From positions 2,976,001 to 3,040,000 of the forward strand of contig CAKKNE010000005.1 of NCBI GenBank assembly GCA_918797485.1: a DNA stretch of 64,000 nucleotides. Direction: 5' to 3'. Below the pieces are notes generated by a model. It ran no database searches and was not told the DNA's origin. It saw only the letters and a program-made list of their open reading frames with translations. The translations under genes were made by a program, and so were the position numbers. The stretch is from Pelagomonas calceolata. Its lineage: Eukaryota. This document shows positions 43,162 to 53,900 of the stretch, piece after piece (the first letter of the stretch is position 1; each line of letters begins with the position of its first letter).

Positions 43162-43586
43162 CGTGCTGCGCGCGGCGGCGGCGCGGCGACTCGCCTACTG
43201 CTCAGTACCGCGCTGGCAAGGGCGGCGCTCGCGCCCACACCTCGCCGTCGTCGTTGAGTGCTTGCAGAGACGCCTTTTGCGTTGCGCAGGCGTGCCGTTG
43301 GCAAGCTAGGCGCACAGAGACTCGAAGGCCGCGCCTGCTGGAATTCCTAGTGTGTATATAACATAGCCCCGCAAGGCAGCACGAGCGCGAAGCGGCGTAG
43401 ACCGCACGCCTGCACCGCACGCGTCGCGAACAGGTCGCCAGCAGTGACAGATCAACGACCCTGTCTAATCAGTTAGTGCCGCACGCCGCCAGCGCGCGCA
43501 CAGAGGCCAATCTCAACAAGGGCTTGTGCAGACGTCGCAGCGCGCGGAGCCGTACAGATTGTAACGCAGCGCGCGCAGCCGTACCG

Positions 43587-43850
43587 ATGCCGAGCACCAT
43601 AAAAGTGAAGGTCGTCTTCTTCGCGTCGGCCAAGGCCGCCGCCGGCGTCGACGAGTGGCAGGCGGAGCTGCCCGAGGGCAGCAAGACGACGGCGCTGCGG
43701 CAGGCCATCGCGGCGCGGTTCAAGCTGCTGGGCGAGCACGCGCTCGAGCTGCCGCTGGCCATCAACCAGCAGTATGTGAGCGTCGACGCCGATCCCGTCC
43801 TCGAACACCGGGACGAGGTCGCCTTGATTCCGCCGATCTCGGGCGGCTAG
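43587..43850 (+). CDS. MOCS2A: Molybdopterin synthase sulfur-carrier subunit (MoaD)
   Basis: VKVVFFASAK and AINQQYV; C-terminal EVALIPPISGG. Confidence 0.93.
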   Translation: MPSTIKVKVVFFASAKAAAGVDEWQAELPEGSKTTALRQAIAARFKLLGEHALELPLAINQQYVSVDADPVLEHRDEVALIPPISGG

Positions 43851-43897
43851 CTGTTTTAGTGGTATAAGATGTACATAGTAGTAGTCACAACACATCC

Positions 43898-44503
43898 TTA
43901 CGCGGCCTTCTTTTTTGCTTTCTTGGCCTTCTTGCGGAGCTTGCGCGCCTTCCTTTCTTCAGGCGTCTCGTCGTCACGCGCTCGCTTCTTCTTCTTCTTT
44001 TTCTTCTCTGCCGGCGGCGCAGCGACTGGCGCAGGCACCGGAGCGACTGGCGCGGGCGCGGCCTCGGCGCGCGCGGCGTCGCGCCGCGCGACCAGATACG
44101 CCCAGAGCGCGTCGACGGCGGCGGCGTCGCCGCCTCGTAAATTGAGCGAGTTCTTCACCCAGTTGCAGAACTTCTTCTGGTTCCGCGGGATGTTCTCGAA
44201 GCCTTGGAGGCGCGGCAGCAGCTTGGCCGCGGCGGGCGGCGCGTCCCTGCGGTCGGCGCAGGCCGCCTGCACGAGCTCCGCCCACGCGTCTTGAGCCGTT
44301 TTTTTCTTCGGCGCCTTGTACAAGTTACCCTCGTAGCGCTCCGCCTCGCTCATGCACGTCGCGTGCTGCAAGTAGGAGTCGTCGTGGAACGTCGCGCCGC
44401 AGTCGACGCATGTTATGGCCGAGCAGCTGCATCTGCACAGGTGCTGCGCGACCTTCAAGCGCTTCAGCGTCTCGTTGCAATCTTCACACACGAAGAAGAC
44501 CAT
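43898..44503 (-). CDS. LYAR: LYAR-type C2HC zinc-finger nucleolar protein
   Basis: MVFFVCEDCNETLK..H, CVDC..F..H..CMSEAERY and NIPR..KKF motifs. Confidence 0.9.
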   Translation of the reverse strand: MVFFVCEDCNETLKRLKVAQHLCRCSCSAITCVDCGATFHDDSYLQHATCMSEAERYEGNLYKAPKKKTAQDAWAELVQAACADRRDAPPAAAKLLPRLQGFENIPRNQKKFCNWVKNSLNLRGGDAAAVDALWAYLVARRDAARAEAAPAPVAPVPAPVAAPPAEKKKKKKKRARDDETPEERKARKLRKKAKKAKKKAA

Positions 44504-44796
44504 CGCGTCGCGTCGCCGGTGCAGTTTCAGCTAGGTGCTGCGCTCGCTTTCAAAAGCAACGCGTCGACGGCGTGCAGTTGCAGCTAAACGCTGCACTCGC
44601 TCTAAGAGGATGCAAGGCTTGCGCGAGCGAGTCGCTTGCAGCTAAGTGTCTCGCTCTCTGGTGTGTTTAGGCAACCAATGCGGCAGCGATGCGTGTGATG
44701 ATGTAACTGCGAGTGGAGTAGCGATGCTGCAACACAAGTAACAAATACAGCAGGCACGCACGGACGCCAAAAATGGCACTGCCGCATGGCAATAAA

Positions 44797-44820
44797 GCTA
44801 GCGGCCTGTAAGACACTAGC
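44797..44820 (+). promoter_or_regulatory. 24-bp intergenic motif copy
   Basis: Exact consensus. Confidence 0.65.
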
Positions 44821-44873
44821 AGCGAGCTCCCAGGCCCTGGAGTTGATTGAACGGGCGAACGTTGCACATTGTT

Positions 44874-45026
44874 CGGGGGGGTTTGCCGAGGCGGTTCTGC
44901 TTAGAAGGAGGTACGCTGTTATGAAAGAAGCGGCCCGCGCCCGCCGCCGATGAATCGGCGACGCGCGGTGTCTCCCCCCCAGCCCTGGCAGGGGCTCCGC
45001 CCACTAGTCCTAGCACCGTAACATCG
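44874..45026. repeat. ~155-bp dispersed non-coding element, copy B
   Basis: Reverse complement of 27949-28103. Confidence 0.93.
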
Positions 45027-45098
45027 AGTAGCCCTGGAGGGGCTCCTAGGAGGCTCCTAGCACCGTAACAAGAAGCCAGAAAACCACAAAACACCAAG

Positions 45099-48000
45099 TT
45101 AAAAGCTAGGCACCGCCTCAAGAGCGCGGCGAGCAAGAATATCCCCGACCGCGTCCGCGAGCGCGTCCCCGTGCGCCTCGGACGCGAACGGCACGACGTG
45201 CCGCCGCGGCGGCTCGGCCACGGAGCCCGACGTCGGCGCCGCGGCCGCGATGAGCACGACCGCCTCACCTGATTTCTCGCGCTTGCAGCCGAGGACTAGG
45301 GAAGCGGGCGCCACGAAGTCGACGCCGGTCTCGCGGAGCAAGGCCACGGCGCCCTCGGCCACGACGAGCTCCGATGAGTTTCCCAGAGAAACTCTCTCCA
45401 AAAAAGCGTCCGCGCCGGGTGGAAGATCACCAAGCAGCTCGTCGCACGCCTGGAGGAGCATCGATAAAGCCCGCGCATCATTATAAGAATACGCCCGCAA
45501 CACGCGCTCCCTTCCATAAAGCGCCCGAGCCGGTCGTTTTTGCAATGAAACGGAATCGCGCAACAAATCCAACACCCGTCGATCCTCGTCGCCGTCCTCA
45601 TCCACATCGTCCGTCGTATCCCGAATACCTCTGAGAACATCGGTCGCAGCATCGGCCACACCTACCACAGGTTTGACGACCATACCTATAGCGCCCTTCG
45701 CCGCGCCCTTGGCCGCACCGACCGCGCCGCCGGCCTCGGCGCCGCGGACTGGCGCCTGGACTAGAGTGGTGACGCCATCCACAATCCCGCCGACAAACGA
45801 ATCGAAGCCGCTCGCGAGGCCGTCGACGGCCGCGATGTCCTCTTCTCGAGTGTCAATAACGCCCGCGGCGTCGCCGTCTCTTCTGGCATCGTCCTTGGCC
45901 CTTTGGGCCGCGAGGTAGGCATCATCTAAAGCTAGGTGGGAGGCGGCCCTCGAAATGTTTCCCGTGATTTGTGCTAGACTTCCAGCTGTGCCGCCCACCG
46001 CGTGCTTCGCCAACGAGCGCGCGCCTCGTTCGAAGCCGACCGCAAAGGCCTCGAGCGGCTCGTCCGATGATTGAGCGTTCAACAAGCCTTGTATGGGTTC
46101 GCGCACCGCGTCCTCGAGGCCTCTTTGTATACCTCTGGCGAGGCCCAGCGGGTTGCCCAACGCCCGTAGACTCCCGGCAATTTCCAACGCGTTCTTCGAG
46201 AAGGCCTTCTTGTAGTGCTGGGCGGCTATGGTTGTCAACGCCTTGGTATCTTGACAGCCCTCGACCTCAAAGGGCGGCAGCGTCACTCTAGATCTTTCAA
46301 CCGCCGCGAAGACGTCGAGTAACTTTCGTAGGGTCGACGATGTATCAATAGCCGGCAAACAGGCGGCGAGCTCGGGCGCGACGGTGTCGCCCGTCGACGA
46401 CCACCTTACGGACAATCGGGCCTTTAACCGCGACGCGGCGACGCGGCCGATTTGACGTGACGATTGTGAAGACGACGATAGTTGCAGCGCCTGGAACAAA
46501 GCCAGCGCCCGGACGACGGTGGCCTCGTCGATATTCAAATCTAGAGATCGCGTCACGTGCAGCGCACCGCCCAAACTATCATCATTGCCATCTATGGACA
46601 AAGCCACGAAGGGCGCGTTCGACTCCTCCTCGTCTCTTTTGGGCGTGGGCCGCAACACGACGGGGAACGCCGCGTCGCCGTGCGCGTCGACTTGGATCGA
46701 TGTACACGCCAGCCTCAGGTTCAAACCGCTCTCGTAGGTCGCGAACAAACCGTCCACCGTCACAACAAAGGCCTCGCGCTGCGGCTCCTCGGGCCCGCCC
46801 TCGATGAACGATATGGCGGTGGAGGGCGACGACAGCGCCAGCTTCTGGGTTCCTGCGTTTCCCTCTCCACGAAGAGGCGCGCAGGCCTCCCTTGCGGTAG
46901 TCACCAGGGACGACGAGACGTTCACGCGCAGCTCTTCTGTAAAAGTCACGGCGGCGCCCTCTGTGGCCAAAACTAAGGTAGCGCCGCAGGGCTCGAGCAC
47001 GGGCTCCCAGGCGTTCGATCTAAACCCGTCTATTCCTAGGCCAGTAACGTCGATCTTCGTCGCGGAGACCGCTATCGTATCCAGGGACACTTTCAATAAT
47101 GGTGTAGAATCATTTCGCGTCAAAATGAGAGAAGCGCCGCCATGCAAAGCGAGCTCGATGGATAGCGGTGACGCCTCCTTAGGAACAACAGGGGCTAATA
47201 ACGTCAATGACAACGGCCGCTCCGCCGCGCCGATCAACCGGGCCGCGTCCGCTACCGTATGATTGGTAATTTTCGTGCCAGCGACCTCCAATAAAGTATC
47301 ACCTTTGCGCACGCCCAGGACCCGGGCCTCGTCGCCGCCGACCTCCTCCACAATAATTCGGGCCCCCCTCCGCACCAACACTAAGCCTAGTTTGGCGCCG
47401 GCGAAGGTCCGCACGCGCGGCATTGCCTCTTCGTCGCGTGTACCGAGGGCGGCGTACAACGATAGAACGTCGTCTAACATAGGGAACGCGCCCTCCTTCA
47501 ACTGCGACGCGGCACGGCACTCTTCTGAACCACCGCCCGCCATGAGAACGGATACCACACTCTTGATTGCTTTCGCGAAGTGGGGCGGCAGCTCGTATTG
47601 TAAAGGCGCGTGGACGGAGATCCGCGGTATGCTTGCATCGATTTGTACCGAGGTCGTAAATGACGTCGCACCCACAGACACGGCGGCGTCGTTGATTTTC
47701 AGCGCGCCCGCCTCCCACGCGAGGGACGCGTCTCGAATATCGACGGCCGTCCCGCCGACATCAATGGAAACGGTGGTGCGCGGCAGGGTCCGCAACTGCA
47801 CGTCCAAGGGGTCGGCCTTTAATGGGACGTCCGCGACCAACACGGCGTCCCAGCCTGCATCGGATTCCCAGGCGAGCACCGCCGTCGGCCGCGCCGGGTT
47901 GCCGTCGTCCGGTTCTAGTTTAACTTGGCACGTCGCCGTGCCGCCACTCATGGAGCGTCCTATCAAAGCCGTGCCCCGGCCGTCGCGCCGCAGGTTTATC

Positions 48001-51000
48001 TTACCGAAGCGGCAGGCGACCGCGCCCGCTCTCAAGTCGACCGGCGCCGCCTCGGCAGTCAACACCCCGGTGTTTGTTTCAAACGTGACGTCGATTGACG
48101 AAGGGGCCGCAAGTATCAAAGCACCGTGCGTCGCCTCGACCGTCTGCAGGTGTGCGTCGACCTTGGTACCTGAATAGGCCGCGGTCAGCGAGCCTTTCAA
48201 CACAGAAGCACCGTGCGCCACGTCGAGGTCGCCGACGGCCAGCGTCAAAGGTTCCTGCGACGCGTCGCCGCTTTTTGGAGCGAGCGCCGCGAGGTTCGTT
48301 AGCGCCTCCTTCGCATCATTCAATCGCGCGGCGTCGACGCGACATAACGCGTCGCAGGCCACGGCCACGCGCCCGCGGAACGACGACAGCGTGAGCGCGG
48401 CGCACGCTATCACGCTATCATCGTCGACGGTCAAGGACACATCTTTCACATTCGCGGACGTGCTGTCGGCGTCTCTTGTCAATCGGCAGGCGCCCGTTTG
48501 TATGATCGTCTCGGGGGACGCCTGCACGACCAGCGCCCCGAGGGCCAATCTTAAACTCCCTGCTTCATTTGAGGACGGCGCGTGCGTGGCCATCGCGTCC
48601 ACTAATGACGCTATGGCCCCGGGCTCTAGGACAGAAACACGAGGCACGTCCAACACCCAGGCGCCGTCGTCCTGCGCGTCGGCCCGGAAGCCCTGTTCTA
48701 ATGAACCGGCGACGCTTTTCGGGGCCGCGTTCAGTGCTAGTCGCCCGAGGATGCCGCGCGCGTCATTTTGTACGGAAGAGACCTCGACGGACGCGGCGCG
48801 CGCGGCCTCGAGCCACGCCTTTTGAGGGGAAGCGCGCCGGCGGCCGTAGGCGAGACTCTTTATTGATACCTCGCGGTCTCCAACAATACCCGTGATGCTA
48901 TCGACGCGCGCCTCGAGCAGTAATAATGAAGAAGGCGTCTCATCAGAAACGTCGTCGTCGTACCCGAGCGCCCGGTACACACACCCGAAGGCGTCCCTGA
49001 CGCCGTCCGCAAAAACATCATCAGAAGGTGCCTTGATGGCCTTGGCGCCCTCTATAATAATATGGCGTCGCGTCCCGTCCGGCGAGAGATGGATCGACGC
49101 CTTGGCCACGGTTTCCAGTGTCAGCGATCCACAAACAGCGTTTACGTCAACCGCGGTCCACGCGCCTCTATGAGAGGCCTCGCGCGAGTCGTAGTCGTAG
49201 GTTACGGACGCGCCGCGCAGTTCTAATGAAGTCGTCCTCTTGCGCGACGGCGGTAAGGCGACGCGGCCCTTCTCCAGCGCTAGGCGAAAGCCATAGGGCC
49301 GGTCGTCTTCCACGGTAGGAGGAAAATCATTGGAAGGGCCGTCCCGCGCATCGCGGACGTACTCGTAGCGAAAGAAATCCCGGAAGGCCCACCAGGCCTC
49401 GGCGCGCCAGATTATAGATGTATGTCTAGCCGTCAACGACGTGAGCGACGCCCTTATACCGTTCAGGTCGGCGTCGCCGTGTCCTACACTAAACTCGAAG
49501 GCATCTGCACCAGTGCTCTCGGGCGACGCGATGGTCTTCCTAGCTCGGTCGTAGACCGTGGCGGCCGCGCACTTAACTGCAAATGTGGTAAAGGCGCCGT
49601 GGGGTCGTATCACTTCCAATCGCACGCCCGTCGACGCGATCCGCCCGACGTCCTCGAGTCTCAAGTCGGCGGCGCCCGCCTCGACTTCGACCCTCAAACT
49701 CTTGTCGGAAGGCACGACGGGGTCGTCGCCGCCAGACAACGTGCGCCACACCACTGTCCTTATTAAATCGTGGTCGTACCTCGTTAACGCTACCGTCGCG
49801 CGGACGGCCGGCGCCCTTGCTTTAACAATCAAGCCGTCGTCCGACGCCCAATCGACCGTACATGAAAGTTCGCCACCCAGGTCGGCGAGCTGCTTCACGG
49901 AAGAATTGTCAAATGTCTCGAGCCGCGGCCGTTTGGCGGCGACGGCCCATCTTCCCAACCCGTCGACGGCGCACTCGACGGTGGAGGCGGATAAACGAGC
50001 CATTCTCAACCCCGCGCGGGAACCAGGCGCGCCGACCGTCGCGCGCTGCGCCTTTAGGGCGAAGACCGTGTCCTCAGAAGTAGTTGATGACGAAGGCAGC
50101 GCCTCGGCCCACGCCTCTAACACAACACCCCAGGCCGCGCCCTGATAACATACGTCGCAGGCCTCGCATTGGACGCGGTACGCTTCATTAATTTCCAGGG
50201 ACACGGTCGACGCGTTTATGAGGTCCTTTTCGTACGGACCCGCCCTTATGTTAAGTGAAGCCAATGATGCCTCGTTCGTCGCGTAGCGTAAATTGTCGCC
50301 TTCGCACGTCACGGCGCCATTTGCAACTCTATAAGCGACCGTCGCGGTCGTCGCCGTCACGGCGACGTCACCAACACTGGACGAGGATGATGCAAACGCG
50401 TCCGCACACCCTCTCATATCAACTAGCGCCGCCTCGTCGAGGTCCGCCTTTACGACAGCCAAAGCGACCTCCAATTTTTCCGGAGACGACCGCACGATCA
50501 GAGCATCCCCACCTTCGCTGAATGCCTTGAGGGCTGGGGCGTCCGACGTCGCGCGCGGGCCCCTCGAGAATATTTCACATTGTCCGCAGCGCGCCGCGAC
50601 CTTATCATTGTCGGCGACGGCCGCCAGATTCATAAGGAAAAGATGGACGCAGAAGGCCCTTCGGTCCGACGCGTCGGCGCCGTCAAATAAAGTGCACTCG
50701 AGGCGCTTGACGTCGAGTCGTAATTTGCCCTTCGTCGTTGTGTTTGTGGGCATGAGGCCCTCGACGATCTTTGACTGAGAGGGCGTGCACCTTATTATCG
50801 CAGAGGCCGCGTGGATCGCGGTTTGGGATGGCGTCGCGTCGAGCCGCGCGTCCTCGACCCTCAAAACCGTGTCGTCGTCTATGTCAATTTCGAGCGAAGC
50901 TGAGGCCTTCGTCGTATTATTGGACGTGGCGAGGCGGCCGCCCTCTTCGACAACTAACGCGACCACCGACCCGTCGTCGTTCGCTAACCCGACGCGCGTC

Positions 51001-52091
51001 CTCGCCTTCGCCTCGAGTTCTATGTCTAACGCACTTGAGGTGTCGCCACTACCGAAGTAGTCCATCCAAGCGCGGGGCAGCACCTCGTCGAGCGGCTTTG
51101 AAACTTCGACCTTCAAGGAGCGCCGGCCATTTTCAATGGACAGCGCTATACTAAGAGCGTCCTCGGCGGCCGTCGCGGCCGTGAGGGCGCCGTCGCCACT
51201 TTCCACGGCGCCGTCGCGCAACATCGCGGTCAAAGTCGCGCGGAACGCCTGGGGCTCGCGCCCTCGTACGGAGGCGCCGTCGGCCTCTCCCGAAATTTCG
51301 AGTGACGTCGCATGTGAGATGCCCACGCAGCCGCTTCCGCTCAGGCGGTCGGCCGCCAGTACTTGTTCGCCCGCGCGGCGCTTCGCGTCGACGCCCTCGG
51401 CCGCGAGAGCGACGGATCCGCGCGTGCCGGCCGCGCCGGCGGCCGCGGCGCGGAGGGCGCTCGCGACGGCGTCGCGCGGCGTCGCGGCGGCGACGCGCGG
51501 CGGCGAGAGCGAGACGTCCACGGTAGCGCTCGCGACCGTCGCGACGTACTGCTTCCGCGCGACGCGGCACCTCCTCAGCACGATGCGCGCGTCGCTGAGG
51601 AGTAATGCCAGTAAGCGCAGGACGAGCCACGACAGCACCGCCGAGACGGCGTCAGCTTTCGTCGTCGGCGGTGGCGACGCCGACATTTCCGCATCTAAAT
51701 CCAGAGAAGCGTCGTCCAACGTGAGCTCGACGACGGGCGTCCGCGGCGATAATAACGCGGCCCAGCGGATGATCAGCAACGCCGCGTCGGCCTCGAGGAT
51801 AGGCTCGCGCACGTGCGTCGCTCTAACTTCCAGCCGTCCCGCATACACCTTGGTCGCTAAACGCTCGTGCCACGGCGTCGTCGGCGCGGCCGTCTCGGTC
51901 GTCTTCGGCGTCTTGGATGGGCGCGCGGGCGGTGTCGACGGTGTGCGAACCGCGGGCGGCGGCGTCATTGCTGTTGTTGCTGCCTCCGCCACGCGGCGGA
52001 GCGGTGTCATTGCGGCATTGCTGCTGCGCACGGGCGGCGGTGTTTTGCTGCGCCTTTTTTGGGCGTCAGCTGTGCCGCTTGAATTTTGCAT
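45099..52091 (-). CDS. VPS13-like bridge lipid-transfer protein with a PDZ domain (start uncertain)
   Basis: WEPVLEP, IQVD..FPVVL, ALGNPLGL..EP..G, P..GA..GG..G..KG..G...KP..G..D and R.PAR motifs; PDZ LGLVL..GVRKGD.LLEVAG. Confidence 0.85.
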   Translation of the reverse strand: MQNSSGTADAQKRRSKTPPPVRSSNAAMTPLRRVAEAATTAMTPPPAVRTPSTPPARPSKTPKTTETAAPTTPWHERLATKVYAGRLEVRATHVREPILEADAALLIIRWAALLSPRTPVVELTLDDASLDLDAEMSASPPPTTKADAVSAVLSWLVLRLLALLLSDARIVLRRCRVARKQYVATVASATVDVSLSPPRVAAATPRDAVASALRAAAAGAAGTRGSVALAAEGVDAKRRAGEQVLAADRLSGSGCVGISHATSLEISGEADGASVRGREPQAFRATLTAMLRDGAVESGDGALTAATAAEDALSIALSIENGRRSLKVEVSKPLDEVLPRAWMDYFGSGDTSSALDIELEAKARTRVGLANDDGSVVALVVEEGGRLATSNNTTKASASLEIDIDDDTVLRVEDARLDATPSQTAIHAASAIIRCTPSQSKIVEGLMPTNTTTKGKLRLDVKRLECTLFDGADASDRRAFCVHLFLMNLAAVADNDKVAARCGQCEIFSRGPRATSDAPALKAFSEGGDALIVRSSPEKLEVALAVVKADLDEAALVDMRGCADAFASSSSSVGDVAVTATTATVAYRVANGAVTCEGDNLRYATNEASLASLNIRAGPYEKDLINASTVSLEINEAYRVQCEACDVCYQGAAWGVVLEAWAEALPSSSTTSEDTVFALKAQRATVGAPGSRAGLRMARLSASTVECAVDGLGRWAVAAKRPRLETFDNSSVKQLADLGGELSCTVDWASDDGLIVKARAPAVRATVALTRYDHDLIRTVVWRTLSGGDDPVVPSDKSLRVEVEAGAADLRLEDVGRIASTGVRLEVIRPHGAFTTFAVKCAAATVYDRARKTIASPESTGADAFEFSVGHGDADLNGIRASLTSLTARHTSIIWRAEAWWAFRDFFRYEYVRDARDGPSNDFPPTVEDDRPYGFRLALEKGRVALPPSRKRTTSLELRGASVTYDYDSREASHRGAWTAVDVNAVCGSLTLETVAKASIHLSPDGTRRHIIIEGAKAIKAPSDDVFADGVRDAFGCVYRALGYDDDVSDETPSSLLLLEARVDSITGIVGDREVSIKSLAYGRRRASPQKAWLEAARAASVEVSSVQNDARGILGRLALNAAPKSVAGSLEQGFRADAQDDGAWVLDVPRVSVLEPGAIASLVDAMATHAPSSNEAGSLRLALGALVVQASPETIIQTGACRLTRDADSTSANVKDVSLTVDDDSVIACAALTLSSFRGRVAVACDALCRVDAARLNDAKEALTNLAALAPKSGDASQEPLTLAVGDLDVAHGASVLKGSLTAAYSGTKVDAHLQTVEATHGALILAAPSSIDVTFETNTGVLTAEAAPVDLRAGAVACRFGKINLRRDGRGTALIGRSMSGGTATCQVKLEPDDGNPARPTAVLAWESDAGWDAVLVADVPLKADPLDVQLRTLPRTTVSIDVGGTAVDIRDASLAWEAGALKINDAAVSVGATSFTTSVQIDASIPRISVHAPLQYELPPHFAKAIKSVVSVLMAGGGSEECRAASQLKEGAFPMLDDVLSLYAALGTRDEEAMPRVRTFAGAKLGLVLVRRGARIIVEEVGGDEARVLGVRKGDTLLEVAGTKITNHTVADAARLIGAAERPLSLTLLAPVVPKEASPLSIELALHGGASLILTRNDSTPLLKVSLDTIAVSATKIDVTGLGIDGFRSNAWEPVLEPCGATLVLATEGAAVTFTEELRVNVSSSLVTTAREACAPLRGEGNAGTQKLALSSPSTAISFIEGGPEEPQREAFVVTVDGLFATYESGLNLRLACTSIQVDAHGDAAFPVVLRPTPKRDEEESNAPFVALSIDGNDDSLGGALHVTRSLDLNIDEATVVRALALFQALQLSSSSQSSRQIGRVAASRLKARLSVRWSSTGDTVAPELAACLPAIDTSSTLRKLLDVFAAVERSRVTLPPFEVEGCQDTKALTTIAAQHYKKAFSKNALEIAGSLRALGNPLGLARGIQRGLEDAVREPIQGLLNAQSSDEPLEAFAVGFERGARSLAKHAVGGTAGSLAQITGNISRAASHLALDDAYLAAQRAKDDARRDGDAAGVIDTREEDIAAVDGLASGFDSFVGGIVDGVTTLVQAPVRGAEAGGAVGAAKGAAKGAIGMVVKPVVGVADAATDVLRGIRDTTDDVDEDGDEDRRVLDLLRDSVSLQKRPARALYGRERVLRAYSYNDARALSMLLQACDELLGDLPPGADAFLERVSLGNSSELVVAEGAVALLRETGVDFVAPASLVLGCKREKSGEAVVLIAAAAPTSGSVAEPPRRHVVPFASEAHGDALADAVGDILARRALEAVPSF

Positions 52092-52441
52092 AGCTGCCAA
52101 GGAGTTCAGTTGCGCATTTCTTTTCACGTCAGCGCTCGCAGCACGAACCAGGGCACACCACTGCTGGTCTGTTCTTGATCGATTCTTGAGCCGTGCGCCA
52201 GTTGTGGCTGCAAACGCCGACGCCAAATTTGCAGCTAAAGCCGGTAAGGCTCTAGAATCAGGTCGGTCGAGACCCGTTCTAAAGCCTTACAACGCATCCC
52301 TGCGCGCGGTCGAATGCTCTGACGCTTCATTGGAGCAGCATGAAATTGAGGCATAAGCTGCACAAGAGGAGCCAAAGCAGGCTGAAAAAAAAGGACAAAA
52401 GCACGCGACAAGCATTTAACTGGTAATTTCTTAACTTGAGA

Positions 52442-53822
52442 ATGGATCTTGAAAGCCTCGAGACTCAAACCCTTCTCAACAAGCGGCCGAAGCACCAGAG
52501 CTTTGCACTGAAGCTAGCAGTTTTGCTATGCGGCCTGGGACTGTTTGTGGGGGTAGCCGTGCCGAGCACGAATCGCGGCGACCTCCAAGGAAAAGCTACC
52601 CTTAAGGAGAAGGAAGTTACGGCCGCCGCGGGGGTTTCATCGACGTCGCGCCCGGCATCGACTATGAGCATGGACTGGCGCGCGGCGGCCGTCGCGGCGC
52701 CCGCATGGTCGACGGAGGCTCCAGCGAAAGATGATTCTCACGACGACACGAGTCGCACGCCCTTCGGCGTCGCGTGTCGTGGCGGGGGATTTCGGCAGAT
52801 GACGATGGCGATGGGCATCGCGCGAGGCATCGGCGCGGAGAACTGGCCGAAGGTTACGCATCTGGGCGGCACATCCGGAGGCTACTGGTTCGCCTCGCAG
52901 TTCACTTATAGCAAAGAGTTCTACGACAACGTCCTCAACGAGAGCAAGCCCCTCGACGGCGTCCTGGCGGCCTGGGGCGAGGACTTCGCACAGGTGCAGC
53001 TCGCGGCGGTTTCGACCGGCGCCGCCTGGACCAAGTGGCCCGGGTGGGATCAGACGCTCCCGGATGTTTGCAAGCCGCTCGTCGGCGTCATGGGCCTCCT
53101 GTTCGGCACGCTCGGCAAACTGAGCCTGCCGATCGTGCGCTGGATGGCGTACGTCGGCAACATGATGGCCCCGGCGATCGAAGACATTGGCACCGCCAAG
53201 TTTGGTTCCCGCGCGGCGACCGGCCTCCATGCAGAAGGGCTTCGCCGGTACCGGTTGGAACGGGATCATGAAGCTTTTGCTCGTGACGAATAGCAACTAC
53301 TCGACGACGCCGCTCTTCGCGGGCGGCCCGGAGAAGTACGGGCCGTTCATCCCCGCGAACACGATTGCCGTCCGAAACGAAGGAGGAGGCTATTATGTGC
53401 CGGGACAGCAGATCTTCGCCGAAGCCTACCCGGGCGGCGAAGGCCGCGAGGCTCGCTGGCCCGTGTACGCTACCGCGCCGTTCCCGACCAACCTCGAGCG
53501 CGTCCTCGACAAAGGACCGCCGCCGCGCGCGGAGTTTGTGGCCTCCGCGGAATACGAAGACGTGAACTCGACTTACTGGCGCGGCCTCGTGACGTCCGTC
53601 GAGAATGAATGGTACGGCACCCAGGCGGGATCAGTGGTCGACGTGTTGATTCTCCAGTCGAACTACCCCTCGGACATCGTCAAGACCGTCGTCGAGGCTG
53701 ATAACGCGAACTGGTTCTTCACGAACGTCTACGGGCCGCTCGCAGCGTCGCAAGCCGCCGGCGCCGCGCCGATCATCAAAGCTTGGCTCGCGGGGGAGGA
53801 GCTCCCCGCGACGTTTCCCTGA
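52442..53822 (+). pseudogene. Lysophospholipase/cPLA2-like gene, frameshifted near 53225 with an apparent internal deletion
   Basis: GGGFR oxyanion motif and GTSGG nucleophile; frame change at ..ATGL/MQKGF..; no DGG catalytic-Asp motif seen. Confidence 0.6.
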
Positions 53823-53900
53823 CTCAAGCCTGAGCACCTAAGCACCACGGCGCGATCAAGAAGAGCGCCGCCGCCGCACAACTAAGCACAAGTTTTTATC

